Shown: positions 9,876 through 18,922 of the stretch, piece after piece
Numbering within the stretch: position 1 is the first letter of the stretch
Layout of the letters: each line of letters begins with the position of its first letter
Origin: an uncultured Gammaproteobacteria bacterium
GTDB taxonomy: Bacteria > Patescibacteriota > Patescibacteriia > UBA9934 > GWF2-40-263
Assembly (NCBI GenBank): GCA_964402425.1
Contig: CAYOCD010000001.1
Location: 163,442 to 227,441, forward strand
Length of the DNA: 64,000 nt
Direction: 5' to 3'
Notes under the pieces: generated by a model
What the model saw: the letters and a program-made list of their open reading frames with translations, nothing else
What the model was told of the DNA's origin: nothing
Databases searched by the model: none
Translations under genes and position numbers: made by a program

Positions 9876-10400
9876 ATGAAATTGATTGTTGGACTTGGAA
9901 ATCCTGGAAAGAAATATGAACGAACACGTCACAATGTGGGGTTTTTGGTTGTAGAAGAACTTGCAAAACAATTAAACGTCCCCTTTAAAAACAAAACGTC
10001 GTTTGTGGCAGAAGTAGCAGAAGGAGATGGAATAACCCTCATGAAACCACAGACCTTCATGAATGTAAGTGGTCGCGCCGTAAAATCATATCTCACAAAA
10101 CACAAATGCACATCTGAAGATGTTTTAGTTATTTATGACGATGCAGACATACCATTTGGAGAGATCAAATTCAAACAAGGCGGATCTTCTGCGGGACACA
10201 ACGGCATGCAGTCCATTATTGATCAATTTGAAAAAGGAACATCCGTCGCACGCATTCGCATTGGAATTGGTCGTCCAACACACATAGACACACCCCTTGA
10301 TGTGTTCGTCTTACAAAAATGGACAAATGAAGAGGAAAAGAACATCCCCAACATGATCAAAACAACGATTGAAAAAATACATGCCCACATCGGATCTTAA
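9876..10400 (+). CDS. pth: Peptidyl-tRNA hydrolase
   Basis: MKLIVGLGNPG...HNG motifs; 174 aa. Confidence 0.95.
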   Translation: MKLIVGLGNPGKKYERTRHNVGFLVVEELAKQLNVPFKNKTSFVAEVAEGDGITLMKPQTFMNVSGRAVKSYLTKHKCTSEDVLVIYDDADIPFGEIKFKQGGSSAGHNGMQSIIDQFEKGTSVARIRIGIGRPTHIDTPLDVFVLQKWTNEEEKNIPNMIKTTIEKIHAHIGS

Positions 10401-11490
10401 ATACTGGCTCGCCCTTACCCGCATTCCAAATTTTGGTGCGGTACGGATCGGAAAATTATTTCGCGCGTTCCCAACCATGGAACGCGCGTTTTCGGCATCT
10501 GTTATGGATTTACTCGAGGCGGGTTTTGATGCAAATCTCGCAAACCATTTTTTACAAACACGCATTCACATAAGTCCAGAGCAAGAATTAGAAAAATTAC
10601 ACAACGCAAATGTACAAGCGGTCACAAGACGTGATCCTGAATATCCACCTCTTCTTTCTAAAATTTATGATCCGCCAGCTGTTCTTTTTTTTCGCGGAAC
10701 TCTTCCTGACCCATCTCTAAAACACATCGCTGTTGTCGGCACACGCCAACCATCCAAATACGGAACATACGCGGCAGAAAAAATTGTTGGAACCCTTGCC
10801 GAATCCGGTGTTGTTATTGTAAGTGGACTTGCCTATGGCGTTGATTCCCTTGCGCACGAATCAACAATTCAACACAACGGAAAAACAATTGCCGTTTTAG
10901 GTTCGGGGGTTGATGCCCCTTCTATTTACCCGGCTGGTAATCGCACCATCGCGTCTCATATTCTTGCACACGGCGGCGCGATTGTTTCAGAATATCCTGT
11001 TGGGACTCTTCCCCTTCCGTTTCATTATCCACTTCGCAATCGCATTATTGCTGGACTCGCACACGGAACTCTTGTCATTGAAGCTGCACAAAAATCCGGC
11101 TCTCTTATCACTGCACGTGCGGCACTAGAAGGTGGAAGAGATGTTTATGCCGTTCCAGGAAACATTGATTCAGAAAAGAGCGAAGGGCCGAATAATCTTT
11201 TAAAGATGGGGGCGGTCCCTGTTACGTGTGCAGAAGATATTCTTGGAATTGCAAACACATCCATTCCCTCAAAAGAAAAATCACGCACAGCCCCTGTTTA
11301 CACATATGAACCACGCTCAGAAACAGAGCGTGTCATTCTTGCGCAACTTGCAAAAGATCCTGTACACGCAGATGAAGTTGCACGTGCAACCCTTCTCCCA
11401 ATTGAAGCCCTCGGAAGCGTTCTCACACTCCTTGAAATGAAAGGAATTATAAAACATGAAGGCGGTCGTTATTATACGCGTCAAAAATAG
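10381..11490 (+). CDS. dprA: DNA processing protein DprA (Smf)
   Basis: Rossmann-like core VSGLAYGVDSLAHE, GSGVD, IDSE..GPNNLL, plus a C-terminal winged-helix. Start at MPTSDLKYW overlaps the pth end by about 20 nt. Confidence 0.9.
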   Translation: MPTSDLKYWLALTRIPNFGAVRIGKLFRAFPTMERAFSASVMDLLEAGFDANLANHFLQTRIHISPEQELEKLHNANVQAVTRRDPEYPPLLSKIYDPPAVLFFRGTLPDPSLKHIAVVGTRQPSKYGTYAAEKIVGTLAESGVVIVSGLAYGVDSLAHESTIQHNGKTIAVLGSGVDAPSIYPAGNRTIASHILAHGGAIVSEYPVGTLPLPFHYPLRNRIIAGLAHGTLVIEAAQKSGSLITARAALEGGRDVYAVPGNIDSEKSEGPNNLLKMGAVPVTCAEDILGIANTSIPSKEKSRTAPVYTYEPRSETERVILAQLAKDPVHADEVARATLLPIEALGSVLTLLEMKGIIKHEGGRYYTRQK

Positions 11491-11521
11491 CGACAAGTTG
11501 ACGAAACAGTTTTGATAAAGC

Positions 11522-13849
11522 ATGATGCCTCTGAATATGTCACACAAACTCATCATTGTTGAGTCTCCAACGAAAGCAAAAACGATCACAAAATTTTTAG
11601 GACGCGACTATCGCGTCTTATCTTCGTTTGGACACATTCGTGATTTGCCGACAAAAGAAATTGGCGTCGATGTTGAGAATGGGTTTGTGCCAACATACAT
11701 TGTCCCCCCAAACAGCAAATCACATGTTACGGAATTAAAAAAAGCAGCAAAGGATGCAGATGAAATCTTATTCGCGTCCGATGAAGACCGCGAAGGAGAA
11801 GCGATTTCTTGGCATGTCGCGGAAGTTCTTGGAATCAATCCTGCAAAAGCAAAACGCATCACCTTTCACGAAATCACCAAGTCCGCAATCGAACACGCGC
11901 TTGCAAACCCAAGATCGATTGATCAAAACCTTGTAGACGCTCAACAGGCTCGTCGCATTCTCGATCGTTTAGTGGGTTATGAACTTTCACCGTTTCTTTG
12001 GAATAAAGTTCGTCGCGGACTCTCTGCTGGTCGTGTGCAATCTGTTGCGATGCGGTTAGTTGTTGAGCGCGAACGTGAACGCATAGCGTTTAAAATAGAA
12101 GAATACTGGTCCATTGAAGTTGTGTGTGAAAAACTCGGCATGGACTTTCCAGCAAAGCTTGTAGAAGTTGATGGGAAGAAAATCGCTGTTGGTGGATCCG
12201 AAGGTGCGGGCGAAAAGCTCGAAATCAAAACAGAAAAAGAAGCACGCGCGATCGTTGACGCTGTCACAGGCAAACCGCTGAACGTCATTGATGTTGTAAA
12301 AAAAGAAGTTTCAAAAGCACCCCCACAACCATTCACCACATCAAGTTTACAGATCGATGCCAACAACAAACTCGGCATGAGCGCAAAACAGACCATGACG
12401 CTCGCACAACAACTTTACGAAACGGGACGTATTACTTATATGCGTACAGACTCCGTAAACTTGGCCGATAAATTTCTTGATGAAGCACAAACATTCCTCG
12501 CATCTGAATTCGGAAAAGAATATGCGACGGGATCAAAAAAATATAAAACAAACAAAAAAGGCGCACAGGAAGCCCATGAAGCGATCCGTCCAACAGATCC
12601 AGCAACAACTCCAGAATCCATTCGTGCAGATCTTGAGCCACGTCTCTGGAAGCTCTATGACTTGATCTGGCGCAGAACGATCGCATCGCAAATGCCAAAC
12701 GCTCGTGTAAACCAAGTGCGTGTGGATATGGACGTTGAAAAACACACCTTCCGTGCAAATGGTTCGAGTATTCTCTTTGATGGCTACACAAAAATCTATC
12801 AAGCCACAAAAGAAAAATTCTTGCCTGACATGAAACAAGGTGATGTTGTAAACACAAAGTCCATCGAACCCATTCAACATTTTACAGAACCTCCCGCAAG
12901 ATATTCGGATGCAACACTCGTCAAAGTCCTTGAGGAATACGGAATCGGTCGTCCTTCCACCTACGCCCCAACCATCAGCACCATTATTGATCGCGGGTAC
13001 GTGGAACGTGATGACAACAAAAAACTCGGTCCTACAGACATTGCCATGATCGTATCCGATCTTCTCGTGGCACACTTCCCACAAATCGTGGATTACACAT
13101 TCACCGCAAAACTGGAAAAAGAACTTGATGATGTCGCGGAAGGTGAACTCGAGTACGGCCCCATGCTCGAACAATTCTACAAACCATTTCACCAAAATCT
13201 CATCGATAAAAACAAAGCCCTGACGCGCGATGACGTGATGCCAGACCGCATTCTCGGAAAAGATCCAGAGTCCGGACTCGATATTATTGCAAAGACAGGA
13301 CGTTACGGAGCGTTCGTTCAAATTGGCCCTTGGAGCAAGGAAGACCAAAAGGCCAAAGTAAACAAGCCAAAGAGTGCATCCATCCTCAAGGGAATGAATA
13401 TTGAATCGATCACCCTCGAGGAAGCGCTCAAATGTCTTGAACTCCCTCGAACACTCGGCACAACAAAAGAAGGCAAAACCCTCAAGGCGGCCGTTGGACG
13501 ATTTGGTCCGTATGTCACAGACGGAAAACTCTACGCCTCACTCAAAGAACCGTTTGATCCTTTATCTATCACGTTCGATCAAGCAGAAGAATTGATTGCC
13601 CTCAAAGAAATCTCTTCACGTCCACTTGCAGAACTCGGCGAGGATCCAACTACAAAAGGCGCGATCGTCGTGCGCACAGGAAGATTCGGTGCGTACGTCA
13701 CAGACGGAAAAACAAATGCATCCCTTGGAAAAACCATCGATCCTCTCACCCTCACACATGAGGAAGCGGTCGAGATCCTTATAAAAAAACGTGCGGCGCC
13801 TGTCAAAAAATTTGGCAAACGCGCATCAAAAAAAACTCAGGCTGAATAA
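11522..13849 (+). CDS. topA: DNA topoisomerase I
   Basis: N-terminal TOPRIM (LIIVESPTKAKTI, DEDREGE), an active-site Tyr region, and C-terminal repeats (GRFGPYVTDGK / GRFGAYVTDGK). Confidence 0.95.
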   Translation: MMPLNMSHKLIIVESPTKAKTITKFLGRDYRVLSSFGHIRDLPTKEIGVDVENGFVPTYIVPPNSKSHVTELKKAAKDADEILFASDEDREGEAISWHVAEVLGINPAKAKRITFHEITKSAIEHALANPRSIDQNLVDAQQARRILDRLVGYELSPFLWNKVRRGLSAGRVQSVAMRLVVERERERIAFKIEEYWSIEVVCEKLGMDFPAKLVEVDGKKIAVGGSEGAGEKLEIKTEKEARAIVDAVTGKPLNVIDVVKKEVSKAPPQPFTTSSLQIDANNKLGMSAKQTMTLAQQLYETGRITYMRTDSVNLADKFLDEAQTFLASEFGKEYATGSKKYKTNKKGAQEAHEAIRPTDPATTPESIRADLEPRLWKLYDLIWRRTIASQMPNARVNQVRVDMDVEKHTFRANGSSILFDGYTKIYQATKEKFLPDMKQGDVVNTKSIEPIQHFTEPPARYSDATLVKVLEEYGIGRPSTYAPTISTIIDRGYVERDDNKKLGPTDIAMIVSDLLVAHFPQIVDYTFTAKLEKELDDVAEGELEYGPMLEQFYKPFHQNLIDKNKALTRDDVMPDRILGKDPESGLDIIAKTGRYGAFVQIGPWSKEDQKAKVNKPKSASILKGMNIESITLEEALKCLELPRTLGTTKEGKTLKAAVGRFGPYVTDGKLYASLKEPFDPLSITFDQAEELIALKEISSRPLAELGEDPTTKGAIVVRTGRFGAYVTDGKTNASLGKTIDPLTLTHEEAVEILIKKRAAPVKKFGKRASKKTQAE

Positions 13850-13863
13850 GCCTGAGTTTTTTC
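13836..13863 (+). terminator. Bidirectional rho-independent terminator overlapping the topA stop codon
   Basis: aaaaaaa-ctcaggc-tgaataa-gcctgag-tttttt. The loop contains the TAA stop. A-run upstream and T-run downstream would serve the convergent minus-strand gene too. Confidence 0.8.
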
Positions 13864-13899
13864 TTACGTCATCCTGAACACAATCAAAGAGTCTCACGT

Positions 13900-14916
13900 T
13901 TATGATCGTCCACGACCCTTTCCTTTTCCACCGCCGCCACCCTTCCCTTTCTTTTTATTCCCTTGCTTTGACTCCGCGATCGCCGTGCGTGCAGATAATT
14001 CTTTTTTAACTCTTTCTCGAAATTCTGCCTTTGCGGCAAGTTTTACATCCCTCTCAGGATCATCATCACGAATAACTTCCTTATAAAGCGTCTCTTCCTC
14101 CGTTGTCATGTGTCGAATAAGCAAAGATTCTTCCTCACTCGCTTTTCGTTTTTCTTGTCGTTTGGACAAATCATCTTCGACTGTTTTCAAAATCTCCTTC
14201 TTTTTCTCTTCGTCCCCATTTTTATAATTGTATTCTTCAAGGGGGGTCATGAATGACTGAAGTATTTTTTCCTGATTTCTTTTTTCTGTTTCTATTTTTT
14301 TATTTTCCGTTGTTTCCGCTTTCTTCAAATCTGACTCATCTTTTTTTGCTTTTGTCTCTAGATCTTTTTTTGCTTTTTCCAAAGCGGCTTTTTCTGCTTT
14401 CAAAATCGGCTCTGCTTTTTTTGCAGCTTCTTTATCAAGCTCTTCCCACGTTTTCTTTGGTTCGCTCAAAAGCCATGTGCCAACAAGCGGAATCTTTGCG
14501 ACCCCTGGCATATTTTTTTTTATCATGTTTTTTCCCCAGTTATCAATTCCAACCAAAAGAGCACTGCCTTTGTATCCAAACCATTTTGGCAATGAAACAG
14601 CCTTATCTTCTGTTTTAAGCGCAACGTATGTTCCTGCAGGCCAAATCAACTTTGATTTATTTGGATTTTCTGCCAATCCTTTTAATGCATCTGGAATTTC
14701 CTCTGCCGGTTCCCACTCTTTCAAAATTTGAGCAATCTTATCACGGGATTCTACAGTATCTTCTTTTAAGAGTTGTTCAATGTATCTTTGACGTTCCTTA
14801 TGCGCCTGTTCAGCTTCTTCTTTTCTCTTCTTTTGTTCTTCTTCACTTTCTTCTCGTTCAACAACAACTTCCGACGCATCTGGTGGTGGTATGGTTTCAG
14901 GAGATCGCTCTGTCAT
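13900..14916 (-). CDS. Hypothetical Lys/Glu-rich coiled-coil protein with a central globular segment and a Gly/Lys/Arg C-terminal tail
   Basis: ORF 13900..15063. Start taken at internal MTERSPET to avoid a 44-nt overlap with divergent rel. KKGKGGGGGKGKGRGRS tail; no recognisable catalytic motifs. Confidence 0.5.
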   Translation of the reverse strand: MTERSPETIPPPDASEVVVEREESEEEQKKRKEEAEQAHKERQRYIEQLLKEDTVESRDKIAQILKEWEPAEEIPDALKGLAENPNKSKLIWPAGTYVALKTEDKAVSLPKWFGYKGSALLVGIDNWGKNMIKKNMPGVAKIPLVGTWLLSEPKKTWEELDKEAAKKAEPILKAEKAALEKAKKDLETKAKKDESDLKKAETTENKKIETEKRNQEKILQSFMTPLEEYNYKNGDEEKKKEILKTVEDDLSKRQEKRKASEEESLLIRHMTTEEETLYKEVIRDDDPERDVKLAAKAEFRERVKKELSARTAIAESKQGNKKKGKGGGGGKGKGRGRS

Positions 14917-15019
14917 AAAAAAAGATGAAAATTGATACTTTATTTTGGCACAGGAAACACGTTTTGTCCAAAAAATCTTTACAGGCAGACGAGCGCAATG
15001 TATCTTAGAATAGCCCTCT

Positions 15020-16522
15020 ATGGATACCATGCGCACATACGATGATCTTGAAAATCTCGTCAAAACACACTATCAAAATCCGGATCTTGCCCTCTTGCGC
15101 AAAGCTTTCGAGCGTGCAGATCTGGCGCATGCAAAAGTCGTGCGTTTAACCGGTCAACCCTACATCACACACCCTCTTGCTGTTGCATATAGACTTGCGG
15201 AAATGGGTTTGCATCTGAATGTTGTGGCAGCCGGGTTGCTTCATGATGTCTTAGAAGATTCTGGAATGACAGGAGATGAAATGCGCGCAGATTTTGGTGA
15301 TGATATCACAACACTCGTCGAAAGTGTCACAAAATTAAAACACGCCGTCCACTACAGAGGAGAAGAACGATACGCAGAAAACATGCGCAAAATGTTTTTG
15401 GCCATGGCTTCTGATGTGCGTGTGGTCTTCATGAAATTTGCAGATCGATTGCATAATTTGCAAACACTTTACGGTCAACCAAAACACAAACAACTACGCA
15501 TTGCACGCGAATCCCTTGAAATTTATGCACCAATTGCCGGACGTCTTGGCATGAGTGAAATCAAAGGAGAACTTGAAGACGGCGCATTTGCTTACATTCT
15601 CCCAAAAGAATTTGAGCGTGTAAAAGAAATCATGGATGTGAAAGTTCGTGAGCGCGGAGCGCAAGTCAGCCGCATCATTGATCAAACAGAAAAACTCATC
15701 TCTGTCAGTCGTATTCTCAATTATCAAGTCTACGGCCGCGTGAAGCGTTTGTATAGCTTGTATAAAAAAATGCTCCGTTACGGCGATGATATTGAAAAAA
15801 TTTATGACCTCATTGCTATTCGCGTAATCGTTTCAAGTGTAGAAGAATGTTATGCCGTCCTTGGGATGATTCACCAACGTTGGCGTCCACTTCCCGGACG
15901 TATTAAAGACTACATCGCCCAACCAAAACCAAACGGGTATCAATCGCTTCACACAACTATTTTCGCAGACGATAAAACGATTGTGGAATTCCAGATTCGT
16001 ACACGGGAAATGCATGAACTCTCCGAGTACGGCGTCGCCGCTCACTGGAGATATAAAGAAGACGGATCGCGCGATGTTCAAAACATGCGCTGGATGGAAG
16101 AGCTCATGCTCATTCAAAAAGAACTGGAGAGTAAAAAAGATTTCATGGAACAGCTTGAGATCATGAAAATCGATGTCTTCAAAGATCGCATTTTCGTCTT
16201 TACTCCAAAGGGCGACGTCATCGATTTGCCAGAAGGCGCCACTCCCGTAGATTTTGCCTACGCCATTCACTCCCAAATCGGGAACAAATGCACATCGGCC
16301 AAAGTAAATGATGTTGTCCGTAACTTGGATATCACCCTCCATTCTGGAGATATTGTAGAAATTATTACAAACAAAAACCGCCGCGGACCAAATCCGGATT
16401 GGAGTAAGTTCGTCAAAACACGCTACGCAAAAAGCAAAATACGTGACGCAACAAAATCAAGTGTGCGCGCATGGCTCTCAGGAATGCTCAAATCAAAAGA
16501 TGATCCTGCAAAGAAAAAATAA
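15020..16522 (+). CDS. rel: Bifunctional (p)ppGpp synthetase/hydrolase Rel/SpoT, short form (HD + synthetase + TGS, no ACT/RRM)
   Basis: HD: HPLAVA...LLHDVLED. Synthetase: RVKRLYSLYKKM, IRVIV, YQSLHTT. TGS: VFTPKGDVIDLPEGATPVDFAYAIHSQIG. The protein ends right after TGS. Confidence 0.9.
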   Translation: MDTMRTYDDLENLVKTHYQNPDLALLRKAFERADLAHAKVVRLTGQPYITHPLAVAYRLAEMGLHLNVVAAGLLHDVLEDSGMTGDEMRADFGDDITTLVESVTKLKHAVHYRGEERYAENMRKMFLAMASDVRVVFMKFADRLHNLQTLYGQPKHKQLRIARESLEIYAPIAGRLGMSEIKGELEDGAFAYILPKEFERVKEIMDVKVRERGAQVSRIIDQTEKLISVSRILNYQVYGRVKRLYSLYKKMLRYGDDIEKIYDLIAIRVIVSSVEECYAVLGMIHQRWRPLPGRIKDYIAQPKPNGYQSLHTTIFADDKTIVEFQIRTREMHELSEYGVAAHWRYKEDGSRDVQNMRWMEELMLIQKELESKKDFMEQLEIMKIDVFKDRIFVFTPKGDVIDLPEGATPVDFAYAIHSQIGNKCTSAKVNDVVRNLDITLHSGDIVEIITNKNRRGPNPDWSKFVKTRYAKSKIRDATKSSVRAWLSGMLKSKDDPAKKK

Positions 16523-16546
16523 TCCCATCATGGGATTATTTTTTTG
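16521..16546 (+). terminator. Rho-independent terminator after rel
   Basis: aatccca-tca-tgggatt hairpin starting at the stop codon, then atttttttg. Confidence 0.75.
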
Positions 16547-16548
16547 AT

Positions 16549-16575
16549 AAAAAACCATCTGTTTTTGACAGATGG
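16549..16575 (-). terminator. Rho-independent terminator for the convergent minus-strand hypothetical gene
   Basis: Minus-strand reading: ccatctgtcaaaaacagatgg followed by tttttt. Confidence 0.7.
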
Positions 16576-16622
16576 GCAAAAGAGTTTACGCGTCGAAACA
16601 TCAATAACTTTCGACGTAAGAA

Positions 16623-17093
16623 TCAAGTGTTTAACTGCGGCACCACAACACGATATCTATAACCTGCAGACCACGCATCGCCGTAGTCGAGACGGTAGAA
16701 AATGGCGTACAGACCATTTGTGAATTCGTTCACACGAGCAACAAAGAACTGGTCATCTTCCTTAAAAAGGAAGAATGTGGAGTAACCGTCCTTACGAAGC
16801 CTAGACCGATGTTTCTCACAAAACTCGATGATCTGATCTTGTGTAAACGCAAGCTTGTCGAAATGTGAATTGAGCGAGCCAAACATTTGCACAAACGTTA
16901 CCCTCTCAATCTGTTCATACACAGAGACATTTGTGGCCAAGGTTGCACTACGACGCTTGTCCAGATCCCATCTCGCGAATTCCTTATCAACACCGATAGA
17001 AAACGTCCTTGTCGCAGTCGAGATGAACCGGGAACCATCACACGCACCAATGGTGATCACCTCACCTTTGAACAACTGATTCATGACTGTCAT
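16623..17093 (-). CDS. Hypothetical protein (about 156 aa), no recognisable domain
   Basis: ORF 16623..17153. Start taken at MTVMNQLF because of a strong SD gaggtgaggtg 7 nt upstream. Slightly GC-richer than flanks by eye. Confidence 0.5.
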   Translation of the reverse strand: MTVMNQLFKGEVITIGACDGSRFISTATRTFSIGVDKEFARWDLDKRRSATLATNVSVYEQIERVTFVQMFGSLNSHFDKLAFTQDQIIEFCEKHRSRLRKDGYSTFFLFKEDDQFFVARVNEFTNGLYAIFYRLDYGDAWSAGYRYRVVVPQLNT

Positions 17094-17211
17094 AACACAC
17101 CTCACCTCTCGATGGTGGGAAAATGTTTCTGCCCTGTGCAGAGCCAAAGACAAACCTTACCGGAGACACTGAAAGTAGATGGAATCGGGATTTTTGTCAA
17201 TGGTTATACAC

Positions 17212-17240
17212 AAAAAAAATAGGCATGAGCCTATTTTTTT
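17212..17240 (-). terminator. Bidirectional terminator overlapping the parB stop
   Basis: aaaaaaaat-aggc-atga-gcct-attttttttc: short stem flanked by A9 and T8 runs. Confidence 0.65.
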
Positions 17241-18091
17241 TCACTTAACAATTCAAGCAAATCCATGAGTTCTGGACGTGAGTAAAACGTAATCTCAATC
17301 TTTCCCTTTCCGTTCGACTCAGTGATATCAACCTTAGTTCCCAAAATCTCACGCAATTTCTTTTCATGTGCTGCAATATTTGGATCTTTGCCGATCGGCA
17401 TGGAACGTTTAGACGTGATACCCGTTACACGCGCTTCCGTTTGTCTGACGGTCACTCCCCCATTCAACATTTGTTCAAAGAGGTCATGTTGTTTTTTTGG
17501 ATCTGTCTCTGCAAGCAATGTTCGAGCATGTGACTTTGAGATGCGCCCTTCTTTAAGGGCATCAAGAATGTCTGACGGAAGATCGAGCAAACGAATAATG
17601 TTTGCCACATTCGATCGAGACTTTCCGACACGCATGGCAACCTCTTCTTGTTTCAAATTGAATTCGTCGATGAGTGCCTTGTACGCAATCGCTTCTTCCA
17701 CAGCATTCAAATCCTGACGTTGAATGTTTTCAATAAGAGCAAGCTCAAGTTTCTGTTGCTCATTTGCTTCTCTGACAATCACAGGCACCGTCTCAAGACC
17801 GAGCGCGCGAGCGGATCGCAAACGACGTTCACCTGCAATCAATTCATATGCACCGTTCGAGCGGGTTACAACGAGCGGTTGGAGGATTCCGTGTTCTTTA
17901 ATGCTCGCAATCAAATCCTCAAGGTCGCTCGGAGAAAAATGATGGCGCGGCTGATGTGGATTCTCTTTAATGTCATTCGGTGGAATCTCTAAAATTTCTT
18001 TCCGTGCGGATGGAATGACGCGCTCAGTAAGTGTATGTTTTTGTGGAATGAGGGACCCAAGACCTTTTCCAAGAGCAGATGGATGATTCAT
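17231..18091 (-). CDS. parB: Chromosome partitioning protein ParB/Spo0J
   Basis: ParB N-terminal box GILQPLVVT, ELIAGERRLRSA, HTH VGKSRSNVANIIRLL, and a C-terminal dimerisation region. Confidence 0.9.
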   Translation of the reverse strand: MNHPSALGKGLGSLIPQKHTLTERVIPSARKEILEIPPNDIKENPHQPRHHFSPSDLEDLIASIKEHGILQPLVVTRSNGAYELIAGERRLRSARALGLETVPVIVREANEQQKLELALIENIQRQDLNAVEEAIAYKALIDEFNLKQEEVAMRVGKSRSNVANIIRLLDLPSDILDALKEGRISKSHARTLLAETDPKKQHDLFEQMLNGGVTVRQTEARVTGITSKRSMPIGKDPNIAAHEKKLREILGTKVDITESNGKGKIEITFYSRPELMDLLELLSEKK

Positions 18092-18100
18092 AACGATCGA

Positions 18101-18874
18101 TTAAAGAGCACCTTCAGCTCGCAAAATAAATTCATGCGCGAGTCGTTCATAAGACTTTGCTGCTTTACTCAGCGGATCATATCCAAGAATCGTCTTTCCA
18201 AATGATGGCGCCTCTGCCAAACGAATACTGCGCGGAATCACTGAGCGAAAAATTTTATCTGGAAAATGGCGATAAAGTTCTTGGAGGACTTCTTTTGAAA
18301 GTTTTGTTCGGGAATCATACATAGTGATCACCGCCCCCATAATCTCCAGATTTGGATGAATGTTTGCACGCACAAGGTTTACTGTATTCATCAGGTCTCG
18401 GAGACCTTCAAGGGCATAAAACTCGGCTTGCACCGGAATAAGAATAGAATCAGACGCAACAAGTCCGTTGAGGGTAAGCATTCCAAGTGATGGTGGATTA
18501 TCGATCAAAATATAATCGTAATCATTTCTCACAGACAACAAGGCTTTACGAAGATAATGCTCGCGCTCTTCAACGTTTACAAGCTCAACAGATGCACCAG
18601 CAAGAGCCTCCGTTGCGGGGAGTACACGAAGACCTTCATGTGCGGTTGGAAGAATCAATGACTTGAGTGAATGAGACCCAACAAGCGCTTCATACACACC
18701 CGCATTCAGTGCCCTGTGATCAATTCCCGCACCGGAAGTTGCGTTTGCTTGCGGATCTAAATCAACAAGCAAAACAAACTTCCCCGCCTCTGCAAGATAC
18801 GCAGCGAGATTCAAAGTAGTTGTTGTTTTTCCAACACCACCTTTTTGATTTACGACGGAAATAATATGTGCCAT
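18101..18874 (-). CDS. parA: Chromosome partitioning ATPase ParA/Soj
   Basis: Deviant Walker A NQKGGVGKTTTT, DLDPQAN, IDNPPSL. Start at MAHIISV; the track's 18901 start adds 9 aa. A TATAAT-like box lies just upstream. Confidence 0.9.
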   Translation of the reverse strand: MAHIISVVNQKGGVGKTTTTLNLAAYLAEAGKFVLLVDLDPQANATSGAGIDHRALNAGVYEALVGSHSLKSLILPTAHEGLRVLPATEALAGASVELVNVEEREHYLRKALLSVRNDYDYILIDNPPSLGMLTLNGLVASDSILIPVQAEFYALEGLRDLMNTVNLVRANIHPNLEIMGAVITMYDSRTKLSKEVLQELYRHFPDKIFRSVIPRSIRLAEAPSFGKTILGYDPLSKAAKSYERLAHEFILRAEGAL

Positions 18875-18922
18875 AGCTGACAGAATTATACAGAAGTTCA
18901 AGAAGAAACGAAAGAACGATCA

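Noticed and set aside
12533-13348. 271-aa minus-strand ORF inside topA
   Set aside because: Antisense to topA; Cys/Phe-rich nonsense composition typical of wrong-strand translation.
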